This document shows positions 1-20,600 of a stretch of DNA of 64,000 nt, one piece after another (the first letter of the stretch is position 1; each line of letters starts with the position of its first letter). The stretch comes from Antedon mediterranea (taxonomy: Eukaryota; Animalia; Echinodermata). A program made the position numbers and the translations under genes. Location: assembly GCF_964355755.1 (NCBI RefSeq), contig NC_092673.1, forward strand, positions 15,410,948 through 15,474,947. The letters run 5' to 3'. The notes beneath the pieces were generated by a model. The model did not search any database and had not been told where the DNA came from. It saw nothing but the letters and a program-made list of their open reading frames with translations.

Positions 1-753
1 TGTCTAGTCTAACCTTTTATTCGGAACTTCTTATTATAGAAATACAAACAATATATATGACGTAACTGATTGTTTTTAATGACGTTATATTGTACAGTAG
101 GCAACAAATGTCGATCCACCACACCACTCATGAATTCCATGTACAGTGTTAATAGGACAAGCTCTAAAGTACCACCTATACCGCTCGTCTGTGTAAATTG
201 GTCTTAAGGCCGTTTCCTTTAGACTGTTATTGTTGAATACTGCCAATGATACCCAGATTGTCAATCGTCTACTTTTTTATAAGATGTTTTAATGACAGAT
301 ATGACAAGCATTAGTATTTTAGAATGATAGTTGTTCACTGAAAAACTAATCAATCCACATTATTGTTAATAGCAAAGCTAAACAGACTAAGTCAAATTGC
401 TGCGTAGAAAGTTAGAAATAAAATGTCTAATGAGAGTATTTGTAACGATAAGTGTTGGCAATCAGCAAGACACCGAGTGGAATGAGTGCATGCTGTTAAA
501 CGCAATCATTATCACAATCTTAATATTCCAATTAGGTCTGAATCAAGTTCGAGTCGCATAAACATATACTTGTTTAACATTTCAATAAATTATGAAGGCT
601 TTATTTTAAAATTGATTATATTAAAATGTGTATATTCACAATGGTGAATTATTAATAAATCAATTAAATTAATAAAAAATAGAATCTGTAATGTATAAAT
701 TAGGTCACATAGAGGTCAATGTGATATGTCTCATTTTATTTACTTAATTTCAG

Positions 754-8377
<7,624 letters not shown>

Positions 8378-8781
8378 TTTGTAACTTACAGGTGCTTTAT
8401 TAAAATGTGGAAGTTACAATGCAATTCAATTAATGACTGGATTTATACAGCTGATTGTACATTTATCCTAATTGGTTAGATGCGAATTTATCCTGATTCG
8501 CTGGAAGCTCAATCTGTTCTTACAAACACTAGAGAGCCTGGATGTATATACTGCACTACACTAGACCTGCAATTTTTGACATTTTGTAATGCATATATAT
8601 GTGCAGAAAGTTATATACTGTATATATATATATTGGTTGGGGCGACTTTTTCTCATTCTCACATATTTTCTCATCTTTATCGTTTCAAATTAATTAATTA
8701 AATTTCATATCACCGGGCAGTTTAGAATTACTGTTCTGTGCCTGATTTGTATATATATATATATAATATATATAACTTTAA

Positions 8782-9265
8782 AAACATTAAACCAGGTCAT
8801 TTCTTGTCTTAAATATGCGTTTTAAGGTTAATTATGATAAAAAGAGAAAAACAATGCACTACCTAAGTAGCTCGCGTCAAAAATTCTCTCGTAGACATTT
8901 TTAGGCCTAGCAATAGTTAGGCTTAGTTTTGTAGGCTAGCTGGTAAATAACGTCAACTTACGAACATCTTACGCTAGCTACGCCTAGCCTGATGTTGTCT
9001 CGTTGCTGAATTAATTGTCTTTTGTTTTTTGGCAGAATATGTTAATACAGTAAAATCAAATTGGGGAAGAACTGGTATTTTCGCTGAAAAGTTCTGGCTC
9101 TTTTATTTGTTTACCCTTTCATGTGATTAGTCAAAGTGGGTGCATCACATCACAATATGAAAAAAGACAAAAAAAATATCGCAATAGGTCCATATAGTAT
9201 TTATTTTTACTTAAAATGTAGTTTGTAACCTTAAAGTAGGTAAAAAAAACGTAGGTCTATTGTCT
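8782..9265. mobile_element. Kolobok-type MITE, family 2, partial inverted copy
   Basis: Reverse-complement similarity to 3389-3910; ends GTAGGTCTATTGTCT-TTAA. Confidence 0.7.
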
Positions 9266-9668
9266 TTAAATCTTATTACACCTACCTATCCTATGTAAAG
9301 CATTCTTTGTTTAGTGCCACATCTCAATTGTTATTTGCATTAATCAAACACTGCTATTGACTCATTTGTAGACAGTGTGCTATTTTTTTAATAAAGTATA
9401 CTAGTGGTTAGTGCTTTAACAAGTGGCCGTATTCACCTATCATACTTTAAGAAAATATGCAAATGAGGTTTAGAGGAGGCGTAGTGATTGGATATTGGAC
9501 AATGAAAAACTCATGAAAATTTTTTCTTTAAAAAGTAAGTGTTTCCTGATGTCACTGTGAAGTGAACCTCTTATTTGACCAAGACCTTTAGGTATGTCTC
9601 ATTGATAAGGAATTCTTAAATTTTAAGGGTATTTCGCTTAGCCGAAGTGTGAATGATGAATACGTCCA

Positions 9669-10200
9669 TTTCTCATCATGCGATTGGTTATGCATGAAAA
9701 TCAAACAAAAATATGTTGTTCTACTACTGAACACCATTTTAAACGGTTTTTAAAATCCAATTGTGCCCAGTTTAGACTGCATTATTTTAATAAACCAGCA
9801 ATCAATGTGGATACATTGTAAATAATGTTGCATAGGGATGTTTCTCATCATGTGATTGGTTATTCATAAAAAACAAACAAAAATGTTGCGCTACTACTGA
9901 ACACTATATTTTAAACGGTTTTTAAAATCCAATTGTGCTCAGTTTAGACTGCATTATTTTTAATTGAATTTTTTAAACCAGCAATCAATGTGGATACATT
10001 GTAAATAATGTTGCATAGGGATGTTTCTCATCATGTGATTGGTTATTCATAAAAATCCAACAAAAATGTTGCGCTACTACTGAACACTATTTTTTAAACG
10101 GTTTTTAAAATTCAATTGTGCCCAGTTTAGACTGCATTATTTTAAATTGTATTTTTTAAACCAGCAATCAATGCAAATACATTGTTAATATAAATGTTGT
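9669..10200. repeat. Tandem repeat, ~170-185 bp x 3
   Basis: Units start at 9669, 9841 and 10024 (TTTCTCATCATGYGATTGGTTAT...). Confidence 0.9.
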
Positions 10201-11487
10201 AAATTATTGTTTACATATTGAATGTCTTTTTATATAGCTTGCAAAAGACACTAGGTTTAATAGTTGATTTGCGACGACCTGTCAGGTCAATCGATGTGTC
10301 AAAACTTAGTTGAGGTGGGAAGTGAGGAAACATGTGCTATCCCCACATGCGCACTGTGAATTACATTACATATTTTCTTTGGTCGTCGCAAATCGCAAGC
10401 ACCCTATTGTTTTAAATGGAAGACGGAAAGAATAATATCACATTGAAATATAATTAATAATAACTTATTTTTGATTGAAAATGATTCAGTGTGTGTTTTC
10501 TACAAAGGCTTCTTTCAAATTTATTAAATCAAACTGATGAATTTACGGAACAGATCATACACATGTTTACCTTCAACATTAATTCTTATCAATGTTTTCA
10601 GGGGACACATTTGTTCATTCATTTTACTAATACAACATGTTTGTATTCAAGTGTTGTATTAAAGACATGTTTTATGAAAAACTGTCAGGATTTCTTTACA
10701 TTTTGAATGTATGTTTTCAGGCAAGATATATCATGCATATTGATTTTACAAAACCTAGGTGGTACGGTTTGTCATCAATAAGTAATAAAAAAAAAAGGCT
10801 AGATTGTCACTATAGCACTAAAGATTTCAGATCAGGTGTCCACAATTGTACATTTTATATATATACCGTTACACACATGCTGTAGATTTCATAATTTACT
10901 AAATTGGTTATTGTCAAGCTATTTATCACAACACAGAATTTCAATTTACATACAAGGCAGTCAAAATAAAATTGTTTTTACTAATATGAAGTTTTTAATT
11001 AGCTTTTATGAGTATACAATTTTCTATTTGGCTTGTATTTATCTTAAATTTAAGTTGGACACTGTAGATATGGTTAGACATTTATTACGTAACTTATTTT
11101 TGAATAATTAGTATAAATGTTTACTACTTGTTTTCTTATTAAATGTTTATCAACACAAGTTGTTTGTAATGTTGTTATTTTCTAACATAGATTACAAAAT
11201 AACCTTCTGTTGAAGGGTATGTAAAGCAGCTGAGTTAAACATGAAATGAATTTAGTTTTTCAGTAAGAAATTATGGCAGTACTTTAGTGTGTGAATAACA
11301 AATGTTTAATAAAAACCAGAGGACAGTTTTACCTGAAACAAATGGTGAACTATAAGAAGATATAGTACAGTACCACATAAACACTTGTCTAGTAGTTGCA
11401 GGCTTGTCTAACATTACACAAGACATTATTTAGATCGATAAAGTTCAATATATCAACATTTTTAGATTGATATCTATACAAGTTAAC

Positions 11488-11699
11488 TCAATACTTTTTT
11501 TGCATGTTCCTCCATTTGTCTTTAAGATCAACGGCTGATCTGTTAACAATTGATGAATTACGTAATATTTTGGCCCAGTTCCCCTCGCCATATTTTCTTA
11601 CTCCAAGTCTCAGTTCAGTTACTTCACCTGCCTTCCATATGTTGCGCTTCGGCTTCAAATTAAGGCTACGTCTCACTTTCGGAGTTGCAAGGTTTGGGT
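11488..11699 (-). CDS. TERF: TRF exon 12, Myb telobox
   Basis: WKAGEVTELRLGVRKYGEGNWAKILRNSSIVNRSAVDLKDKWRNMQKKY-stop; ttacag acceptor. Confidence 0.95.
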
Positions 11700-14600
11700 C
11701 TGTAAAACAAAATAATTAGCATGTGTGTTAAAACATAGATTAAATCATCTAATTCAATTCTCATGTAATTATACAAATACTGAATTAAGTTGAAACAATT
11801 ACTGTTCTTTTTCAATGAAACAGAACCAAGTTAAATAGGTTTTAACAAAAACAAAAAGGCAAAGAAGGACAGTTATTGAAGGTGCAGTCTACTGGTTGGC
11901 CTTCAAATGTCCAACAAAATTCTAAAAATGTTTTTAAAAAGCTTTACGTGCAATACCATTTAGTAGAACTAATAATGAATGGCATGTGATACAAATTAAC
12001 AATCGAATTGCGAGGATACACTCAGGTTTGTTATAAGTTATACTTACATTCCACTTCTTCTTCTTCTTCATCATCATCCCACTTTATTTGGTCTCCAGGG
12101 GCACCCGTCACAAAGGGCCTGAAAATAGACAATCGGAAAACTTGTTCATAAATAATCATCAAATTGTAGATAGAAAATAATCAGCAATAAAACTAAATTG
12201 TAACAAAAATAATTATCATTCATTTTCATTTTTTAAACATTTGTTTGAGCAAAGAGTACAAAGCATGAATAACATAGCATGGGCCCTAGTTAGAAGTAGA
12301 AATAAATCTCTATATTCTATATTGATGTTCATAATTATCATATTATCAGCTCATTGTAGCTTCTTTATCTCACTAATAACCAATTATATTTCTCAACATT
12401 TACTATTTTTAAATTTTTACTTATTTTTCTGAAGTACAGTAAACCAAAAGTAATTCTTACAGTGGCCTTGTCCTCCTTAATTTAATGCGTAATGGTCTGA
12501 AAAAAAGAAATAATTAAAGATTGAAAAAAAGATTTAACACACTGTCACTGTTTTAAAATAGAATCTATTTTTTTTTTACAAACCTTGATTTACTTTCAGT
12601 AGTTCCTGGTTTGTTCATTGTTCTTTTCTGTTTGATTCTATTTAAAATGTAAAGTAAATACTTTAATTAGAAAATGTAATCAATTTAAAAAAAAAAATTA
12701 TTTATTTGACAAATCCTTCTATGCATTCCAAAACTCAACCAGAGAATCTTTCGTAACCAAAGGTGTAATTCTTTTTTATTTATTCTAAAAACCAGACATT
12801 GTGGGCAAGTAGAAGGGTGTCCACATTGTGGGCAAGTAGAAGGGTGTCCACATTGTGGGCAAGTAGAAGGGTGTCCACATTGTGGGCAAGTAGAAGGGTG
12901 TCCACATTGTGGACAAGTACAAAGATGTTCACATTGCGGGCAAGTACAAGGGTGTCCACATTGTGGACAAGTGCAAAGATGTTCACATTGCGGGCAAGTA
13001 CAAGGGTGTCCACCTTGTGGACAAGTGCAAAGATGTTCACATTGTGGGCAAGTACAAGGGTGTCCACCTTGTGGACAAGTGCAAAGATGTTCACATTGTG
13101 GGCAAGTACAAGGGTGTCCACATTGTTGGCGTGGGCAAGTACAAGGGTGTCCACATTGCGGGCAAGTACAAGGGTGTCCACCTTGTGGACAAGTGCAAAG
13201 ATGTTCACATTGCGGGCAAGTACAAGGGTGTCCACCTTGTGGACAAGTGCAAAGATGTTCACATTGTGGGCAAGTACAAGGGTGTCCACATTGTTGGCGT
13301 GGGCAAGTACAAGGGTGTCCACATTGTGGGCAAGTGCAAAGATGTTCACATTGTGGGCAAGTACAAGGGTGTCCACATCGTGGGCAATCACAAGAGTGTA
13401 CACACAAACCTTGAATCTTCAGTTTCATTTTTGTCTGACTCATCTTCACTACGCTTTTGTCTTTTGTTCCCTGATGTTGAAGGCCCATCAAAAATGTCAC
13501 AATCTATGGGAAACAGTTATTATGGTTTTACTGGCACTCTGAAAAGTGTGAAATTTTGCTGCTTTAATATCTAAATGCAACCAGCATGTAGACAAGCTTG
13601 TTCATTTTTTGCAAACCATTTTAACAGAGGTGGTAAAATGTACAGTAAGCACACCATGAGGCATAAGTTCATCTTGGTGCAATTTAGTGGATGGATTATT
13701 TCACTTTTCAGTATACACTTGATTTCAAAGATTTAAAACATTTATTCATCCCACAAGAGGAATTTACATTTTACATGCTTTTACTGTAAAAAGAATAAAA
13801 CACGTAGGAATTTAGCTGGATACATACCAGACATCACATCTTTCTGATCTTTTTCAGATTGTACCTACAACATGGAAAATAACCATAGAAACCGTTATTT
13901 GAAATGCATTTACTGGAGAAGTTTATTTAATGTTTTGCTCTACCACTTCAATCATTTATCAATCATTATGCACTTGTCAACTATATTACCCATTATACGA
14001 CCCCTGGGAGAGGGGCGTCATACATTACAAAAACCATGACGCACCTGTACATAAATAAGGACTTACCATTAGGTGACCATAACGCACCCATTTTGACATG
14101 ATATGGTGGGTAGTAAAGTGACGGACATTGACACACCATTGTTCATTGATGTGACATACAATATAGGTTTTTTAATAATTATTTGTAAATGAAAAATTGT
14201 AAATCAGTGGGTCATACAATTGACAATTGCATTAGGTAATCCTGATATTAAATAAATAAATATCCATGATAAGTAAAAACAAAATTGCCTGTCATAGGAA
14301 AAAGTGGTTGAGAAAATGGCTACAACCTCACTATTAAAATACTGATGTTTGATAAAGTACATGCATACCGAAATCCTCACTTTTCTAGTAACATTAGCAA
14401 TATGTAGTTTTTCATTGCGCTTTATGTCACTCAACATAATGTCCTGATCTACTCCGGCTCTTTGTGACATGTGTTCGGACATGCGTTTACAGATACTGAA
14501 ATGCAAAAATAAAAAAAATCACTATGCAATGAACATGCTAAATACTTTTTAGTCAAATTTATTTATTTAAATGTTAATGTAAACTCATCTAAAAATGTAA

Positions 14601-17600
14601 GATAGAAGAGACACGCTACTATGTTATATTATTATTTTTTTTTCATTTTGTTTGAATCATTCATACACAAAAGACCATTTTTAGACCGTACGGTACGGGA
14701 ACGAATGGCGTACGTAAAAAAAAAATTGACCCCAAATACGTAGAGATTGTAACTATAAAGGCTACCGTGTTTCCCTACTTTACTGTACAGCATATGCAGG
14801 TGGTCACTAATTTAAGCGTACGTAAAATCCAGGGTACGTAAAATCCAGGGTACGTAAAACCAGGGTACGTAAAACCAGGGAACATAAAACCAGGGTACGT
14901 AAAACACAGACTCTACTGTATTTCTAAAACTAGATTTGTACTATTCCTTCATTATTACAAACACACATATTCCTTAGCTACACTGTATAAAATAACATTG
15001 CTTAGTTCTTGGGCCTCTTGGGATGGCAAGATAAGCTACTAAAGTTACTAAACTTTTGATTATGTTGTTTAGAGGTTTGCACGGCGAAATAATTTTGCTG
15101 ATATAAAGTTTGCAGTACACAACATATATTTAGTTCTGAAAAGAACTGTTAAGTTTCTCGACGTATCGATCAATACACTTTGATTATCCTCACAGGTTCT
15201 CACTCCTGAGGACAATCGAAGTATATTGATCAACACATTGAGAGAAACTCAACAGTTCTTTTCAGAACTAAATATACATGGTGTACTGCAAACTTTATAT
15301 CAAAATAGTATTGTGGTTGCCACAGCAACTTGCTTACTATGTAAATCACCGTAGATTTTGTACTGTATTTAAACCTACAATAACTTGTACAGTACTGTAT
15401 GTGTACACAAAAAATATATCTTACAGTTGAGCATCAGTACTAAAGCATTTCTTTTTAGGTTTTCTTTTTCGACATACTGAGTTATCTTCTTGAGCTGTTT
15501 TACTGGATGTTATTATTTGATTAAACTTCCTATCTGCCTGGAAATTTGAAAAAATATATAAAATAAATAAAAAATGTTGATCAGGTATTCATAATAGATG
15601 AGGGAGAGCCAGTGAAGTTTTATCACTGGTCGATATTTTGACTTCATTCACATACGTTCATTGGGGTAATTCGTCGTAGGAATGTTCGTTAACAGGGATT
15701 GCTGTAATTTATTGGGGTTCGCTGTTGTTCATTGGGGTAATATGTTGGACCAAATAAAAAAAAAAAAAACAGAAAGAAATTACTGCTTCGTATCTACACA
15801 TAACCTTTCGTAGCCTACGCGTAGGTAGATCTTAGGTCATTGTTCTCTCTGAACGTAGCCTACAAAGTATTGTTTGTAGCCTACGATGTATTGTTCGTAG
15901 CCTACGATACTATTGTTATAATTATCTACGCGTCGATCATGTAGGGTGGTTCGTAGGGTTAGTAAACACCATTGTCATCGCCTTTAGAAGCATGGACAAT
16001 GCACACAATGTATTGTTTGCTAATTAAAATCCTATCTAAAGATAGTAGATGTCAATTTTTATAGCTGCCCAACGCATTGGTTATCCTAATTTGGACGGCA
16101 TCTGTGTTGGATCGTGTCTCTACGTTTACATCGTGGAAAATTTACATTATATTCGCCGTTGAGTAGGTAAACACTCACGAAGGAAACGATTACGATTCAA
16201 AAATATTATTTATTTTTTAGTAATTTACAACTTGGTCCTCCGTCAGTTAAATTTAACACATTAATTTCACACCTTCTTACTTCACTAAGAACATCGCAGG
16301 GTTGTTTATATAGGTTATGAACTCCCTACGAAGTTCAGAACGTAGCTCATTTAAAGTTGTTTAAAGTTTATTGAGGTTACGAAGCCAAACAATGGAACCT
16401 ACAAAGCCAACAACGTAGCCTACGTTGCAGTATTTTCTTTCTGTACTGTATATATCATCTAAGAGGCAGAAAAAGAAAAACAATTATTTGCAGTACAGTA
16501 AAGGTGAGTCACGTGTTCATTCTGAACGTTGGGGAATGAACTATTAGGAGCTCATTGTACTAAGCCTCAGCATTCCACGCCGCCCCTGGAATTTTCAACC
16601 AGGTACTCATTTACAGCTGAGTGGACTGGGAGTGAGTTGTCGGGAATTGAACCCGAGTCTCCTCCGCAGTACAGTTACTTACTTTAATAAGAAATGGTTC
16701 ATCAAAAGTTGAGTAGATAACTTCAAGATACTGGTGTGTCTCCTGTAGGAAATCTTTATAGGATTTATTCCTGATCTCTATGTGTGTGCGTCTATGAGAT
16801 TTTATGACATCTCTCAGAATACTTTTAGTTTCCTGAAGAACAAACAAATTTAATCAAACCCTGGCAAATCTATCATCCCTGCTGATCCTATAATAGTGAA
16901 CTTTTGTTTTGGGTCTTGGTAAATTATCAGACCATAAAACATGTAGAACTAACAGATATCTAAATTTGTTCGTCCATTTTTCCATCCATGCTTTCAATGA
17001 CAAATACTGTTGAATCACCTTGTTACTTTGTATAGTATATCTTTGTTACAACTCTTTACTTTTGTATGTTATTGTATTGTTATGTGAGCTATTGTGCCTG
17101 TCATGAATTTCCGTAAGGACCAAAAAAATCTGAATTCCATCCATGTTGGTCAATTGTCAAGATCTCAAAAACAAAAGCTTGTCTATATTGGAAAAGGGAT
17201 CTTTTATAAGTTGCATTGATTTAACAACATGATGTTCCTGTGTATGCATAAATATATTGTGTAATGTTGCACTTTACCTCGTCGACTTTAACATCTTTTT
17301 CCCAACAATTTGTAAAAACTTCTTCAGCTTTTATGAAATCATTATTGCGACACCAAACCAGGACGGCCTGTTAATAAAAAATTTATCTTAATTAACAGCA
17401 ACATGTATTATGATAACTATAAAAAAGTATAAGTATTATATTGATAAATTTCAGAAAGTCTACAGAAGTAGTATTTGCCTCAGATCTGTTGCCTCATGAA
17501 TCAAGAGATTTTGTATAGAGAATTGAATGTGAAGACTGGTTTCGCGATATAAGTACAGTACTGGTCAGAGGACTTTCGACATTCCTCGCGTGTTTTGAAC

Positions 17601-20600
17601 GAGTGTTTGGTAAATGGTACGATCCACTTCGGGGGTGTCCAAATTTTATTATCTTGTATTTGACATAGGCAAGGTTTGTGTAAAATCAGAATTTCAAAAA
17701 TAATAATTTTAATAACAGTATGAGTATATTATAACACTTTTTATCTATAAAAAAAAACGATACTTGGATGGTTGGTTGGATGTTGTTTTTTCCCCAAAAA
17801 CATTACCCCATTTACTACACTGTACTCTTCCACTGTTAATTGAACCATGTGATTGATCTCATCATAGTTCAGTCAGTAAACACATGGACTGCAGCCGTGG
17901 TTCCGCAACTCGCACATGGCTTAGTTTGAACGTTGTGCAGAAAGAAAAATAAAATCATACGTTAAGAAATTACATTTATTTTCAATTAATTACCGTAGCA
18001 TAGCCTATGTACTGTATGTACTCGTCACCGATATAATTATTATGTATATCTAATGAACAGTATAAACGTTGAAACAAAATAAATAAACTGCATCAAAACG
18101 ATCGTTTTTGTATGCCCTGGAAAAATCAACAGAAACAATTTTGTCATATTCGCAGCGCGAGAGCTGATGAGAAAACCATGTGCTTGCTGCGTGACGTCAC
18201 ATCGCCCAAAGTTTCGTAAATCTAGGGTTGATGACCACCAACAAAACAAAGATCGTAGATGCGCGTCTATGCGAGAAGTGAGCGAGCGATTATAGTAGTC
18301 TAGCTATCATCTCGGTGTTGTTGACTCGGAATTTGAAGATATGAGTTTTACCATGATTTTAAATCTGTTCATGTGAATTTTAAACGTATATTTTACTGTT
18401 TTTTTATTATGTTAATTAATATATACTTTGATAAACAAAGTCGGTATCTAAAGATAAAAAGGGCTCATATATTATGTACGTATGATTGATTTCTATTGTT
18501 GTTGTAAAACGTTCACGCTTCGCTGGTCGAGGTCAGCACTCGATCGCTTGATCCCTCGATAAACAGAAACGCTCCACAAACACTCTAGAAAAACACGAGC
18601 GGGAATGTCGAAAGTCCTCTAACCAGTACTGTACATTTTTGGATTGTTAGGTCGATTGTTGACATAAATAAACATTACATGTGTGTTTATAAAATCCATA
18701 AATGTAATTATTAAAAACCAAATGATACTGTTTAATCAATGTGAATCAAATGTAGGCCTTATTCAAATCACAGGAATCTATTTAGATGTTATAGAAAACA
18801 AAAATGAATGTTTTATATTTGTATAATGGTACAAATAATCGCATTTGGTGAACGATGAAAGTTTATATATCAACTCGGCTTTGCCTCTTGAAATATACAG
18901 TAACTTTTCATCATTTACCCCATGCCAATCCATTGTTTGTACAATTACACTCATAAACATTCATTATTTGTATACAACAAACTTTATGTAACAAAAAATT
19001 ATGTGATGTGCCCATGTCGTCATATCACCACCGTATTTGGGCACAACTAATCAGACTATTTTTGTTAAATTAGTTCGATAGTGTAGAAAAAGCTTAAGAC
19101 AATGTAATGCTCCATGTGATACTATGTCTCTGGTTTAAGTCTTGTTCAATGCATTTTGTTTATTCCTTAGTGTATGTGGAAGAAATAGTGTTTACTGTAG
19201 CGGGTTTTATCAAAAGAGTATGATGCATACTGACCTCTTTTCTAATTAGTTGTTTTAAATTAGCAATAGTCTCATCTGAGATAATGCCATCTACATCAAA
19301 CTGCATCATTTCCTCAATGGTATGCATGGCATCTTCTAAAGTGGTTAATCCACTGTCAGAATGACTCTGTGTGGAAGCACCATCACTCAGTTGAGTTAGT
19401 AGATGAATATACTTCAGTAAACGCATCTTTACATTTGGTTGTTCTGTTTCCGCTTCTATGTACTTGCAAAAGCCTATCAAATTGAAATTAACAACGCAAT
19501 AAAAACAATTGTTAACAGAATAAAATGTATTTTATAAAATAGCGATTTTTTTTTCCACAGTCACTTAAAATCTATAATTTTAAAAAAACAGAAGTTTAGG
19601 TATAACTATTTAAGAATAGGTGCTAGAACTACACCACAGATAAACAGTTGTTTTCCTATGCTATAGACTGTGAGGTTTTTTTCAATCCACAAATTTTGCG
19701 AGGAAATGTTTGCTCAAATTTTAAATTTTGCACAAACTTGTGCAATTTCAAATAATAAATTTGACATACAGTATGCCTAGGCCTCTAGTTAGTAGTAGAT
19801 ATAGTATAGGCCTTAGTCATGCCAAATAAAATACAACAATTGATTATTAAATAACATGATTTTTAAATAAATCTATGATAGGCCTAGATAGGGTATGACC
19901 AAAGCGGCCGCCAATAGAATCTATGAAGAACGTCATACAGATGTTTGTGGCAGTCACCGATGTAGCCTGCATGTAAATGCCTTGAATGGACACATTATAT
20001 CTCTGTATTGTATAAATGAATACAGTATCATATATTACGGATACAATAGTTACTAGTTTCTTCATTCTCTCTGTATCTAGAAATCTTTTAAAAAAAGATT
20101 TAATATCCGACCTGCGAAAAAAAGTATATAAATAACAGCATTCAGAGAAATAAAGAGACCATACTGTACTACAGTATATAAATATATACTGTATAACTTG
20201 GAACTTAAACAGTTTCTGCTTTATTTCTGCAGCATTCAGGGCGTTGTTGTGTTTTGCCTTTTGTTGCTGTGTATAATGCCACTAAACAAAAGCTAGAAAA
20301 AAAGCAGCAGTATTTCAACAATACCTGTACACTAAATTAATGAATGGGACACCATTAATAGAGCGGACTACAAAATTATGAATTCATCGGCGGCCCAAGC
20401 AGCCGATTCGATAGAAAGTATAGTAATCTTGCATAGATAAATAATAAAGAATTTGTAATTAAAAAGCATAATGTTAAGTGATGATTAAATGTATTTCATC
20501 AATTAATTATGAATTAAAAATTGAAATTATATTGTCCCTCTTACTTGCAGCAAGCCGTGTGATCAGTCGTAATGCTCATGCAAATTAATCAGTGAAATAA

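Noticed and set aside
8705-8775. Short repeat next to (TA)n, also inverted at ~45460-45520
   Set aside because: Only ~45 bp; probably the end of a common microsatellite-associated TE
12740-12784. Possible extra TRF exon (ttttag ... gttgag)
   Set aside because: In the only open frame it creates TGA at the junction with exon 9, and the model is complete without it
13504-13538. Stronger-looking acceptor (ttttcag) for exon 8
   Set aside because: All three frames hit stops within ~45 nt
12780-13574. Other long ORFs over the 27-bp repeat (WASTRVSTL, GKYKGVHIV, CPHCGQVQG, VDTLVLAHN)
   Set aside because: By-products of a stop-free 27-mer; antisense or unconnected to any splice frame
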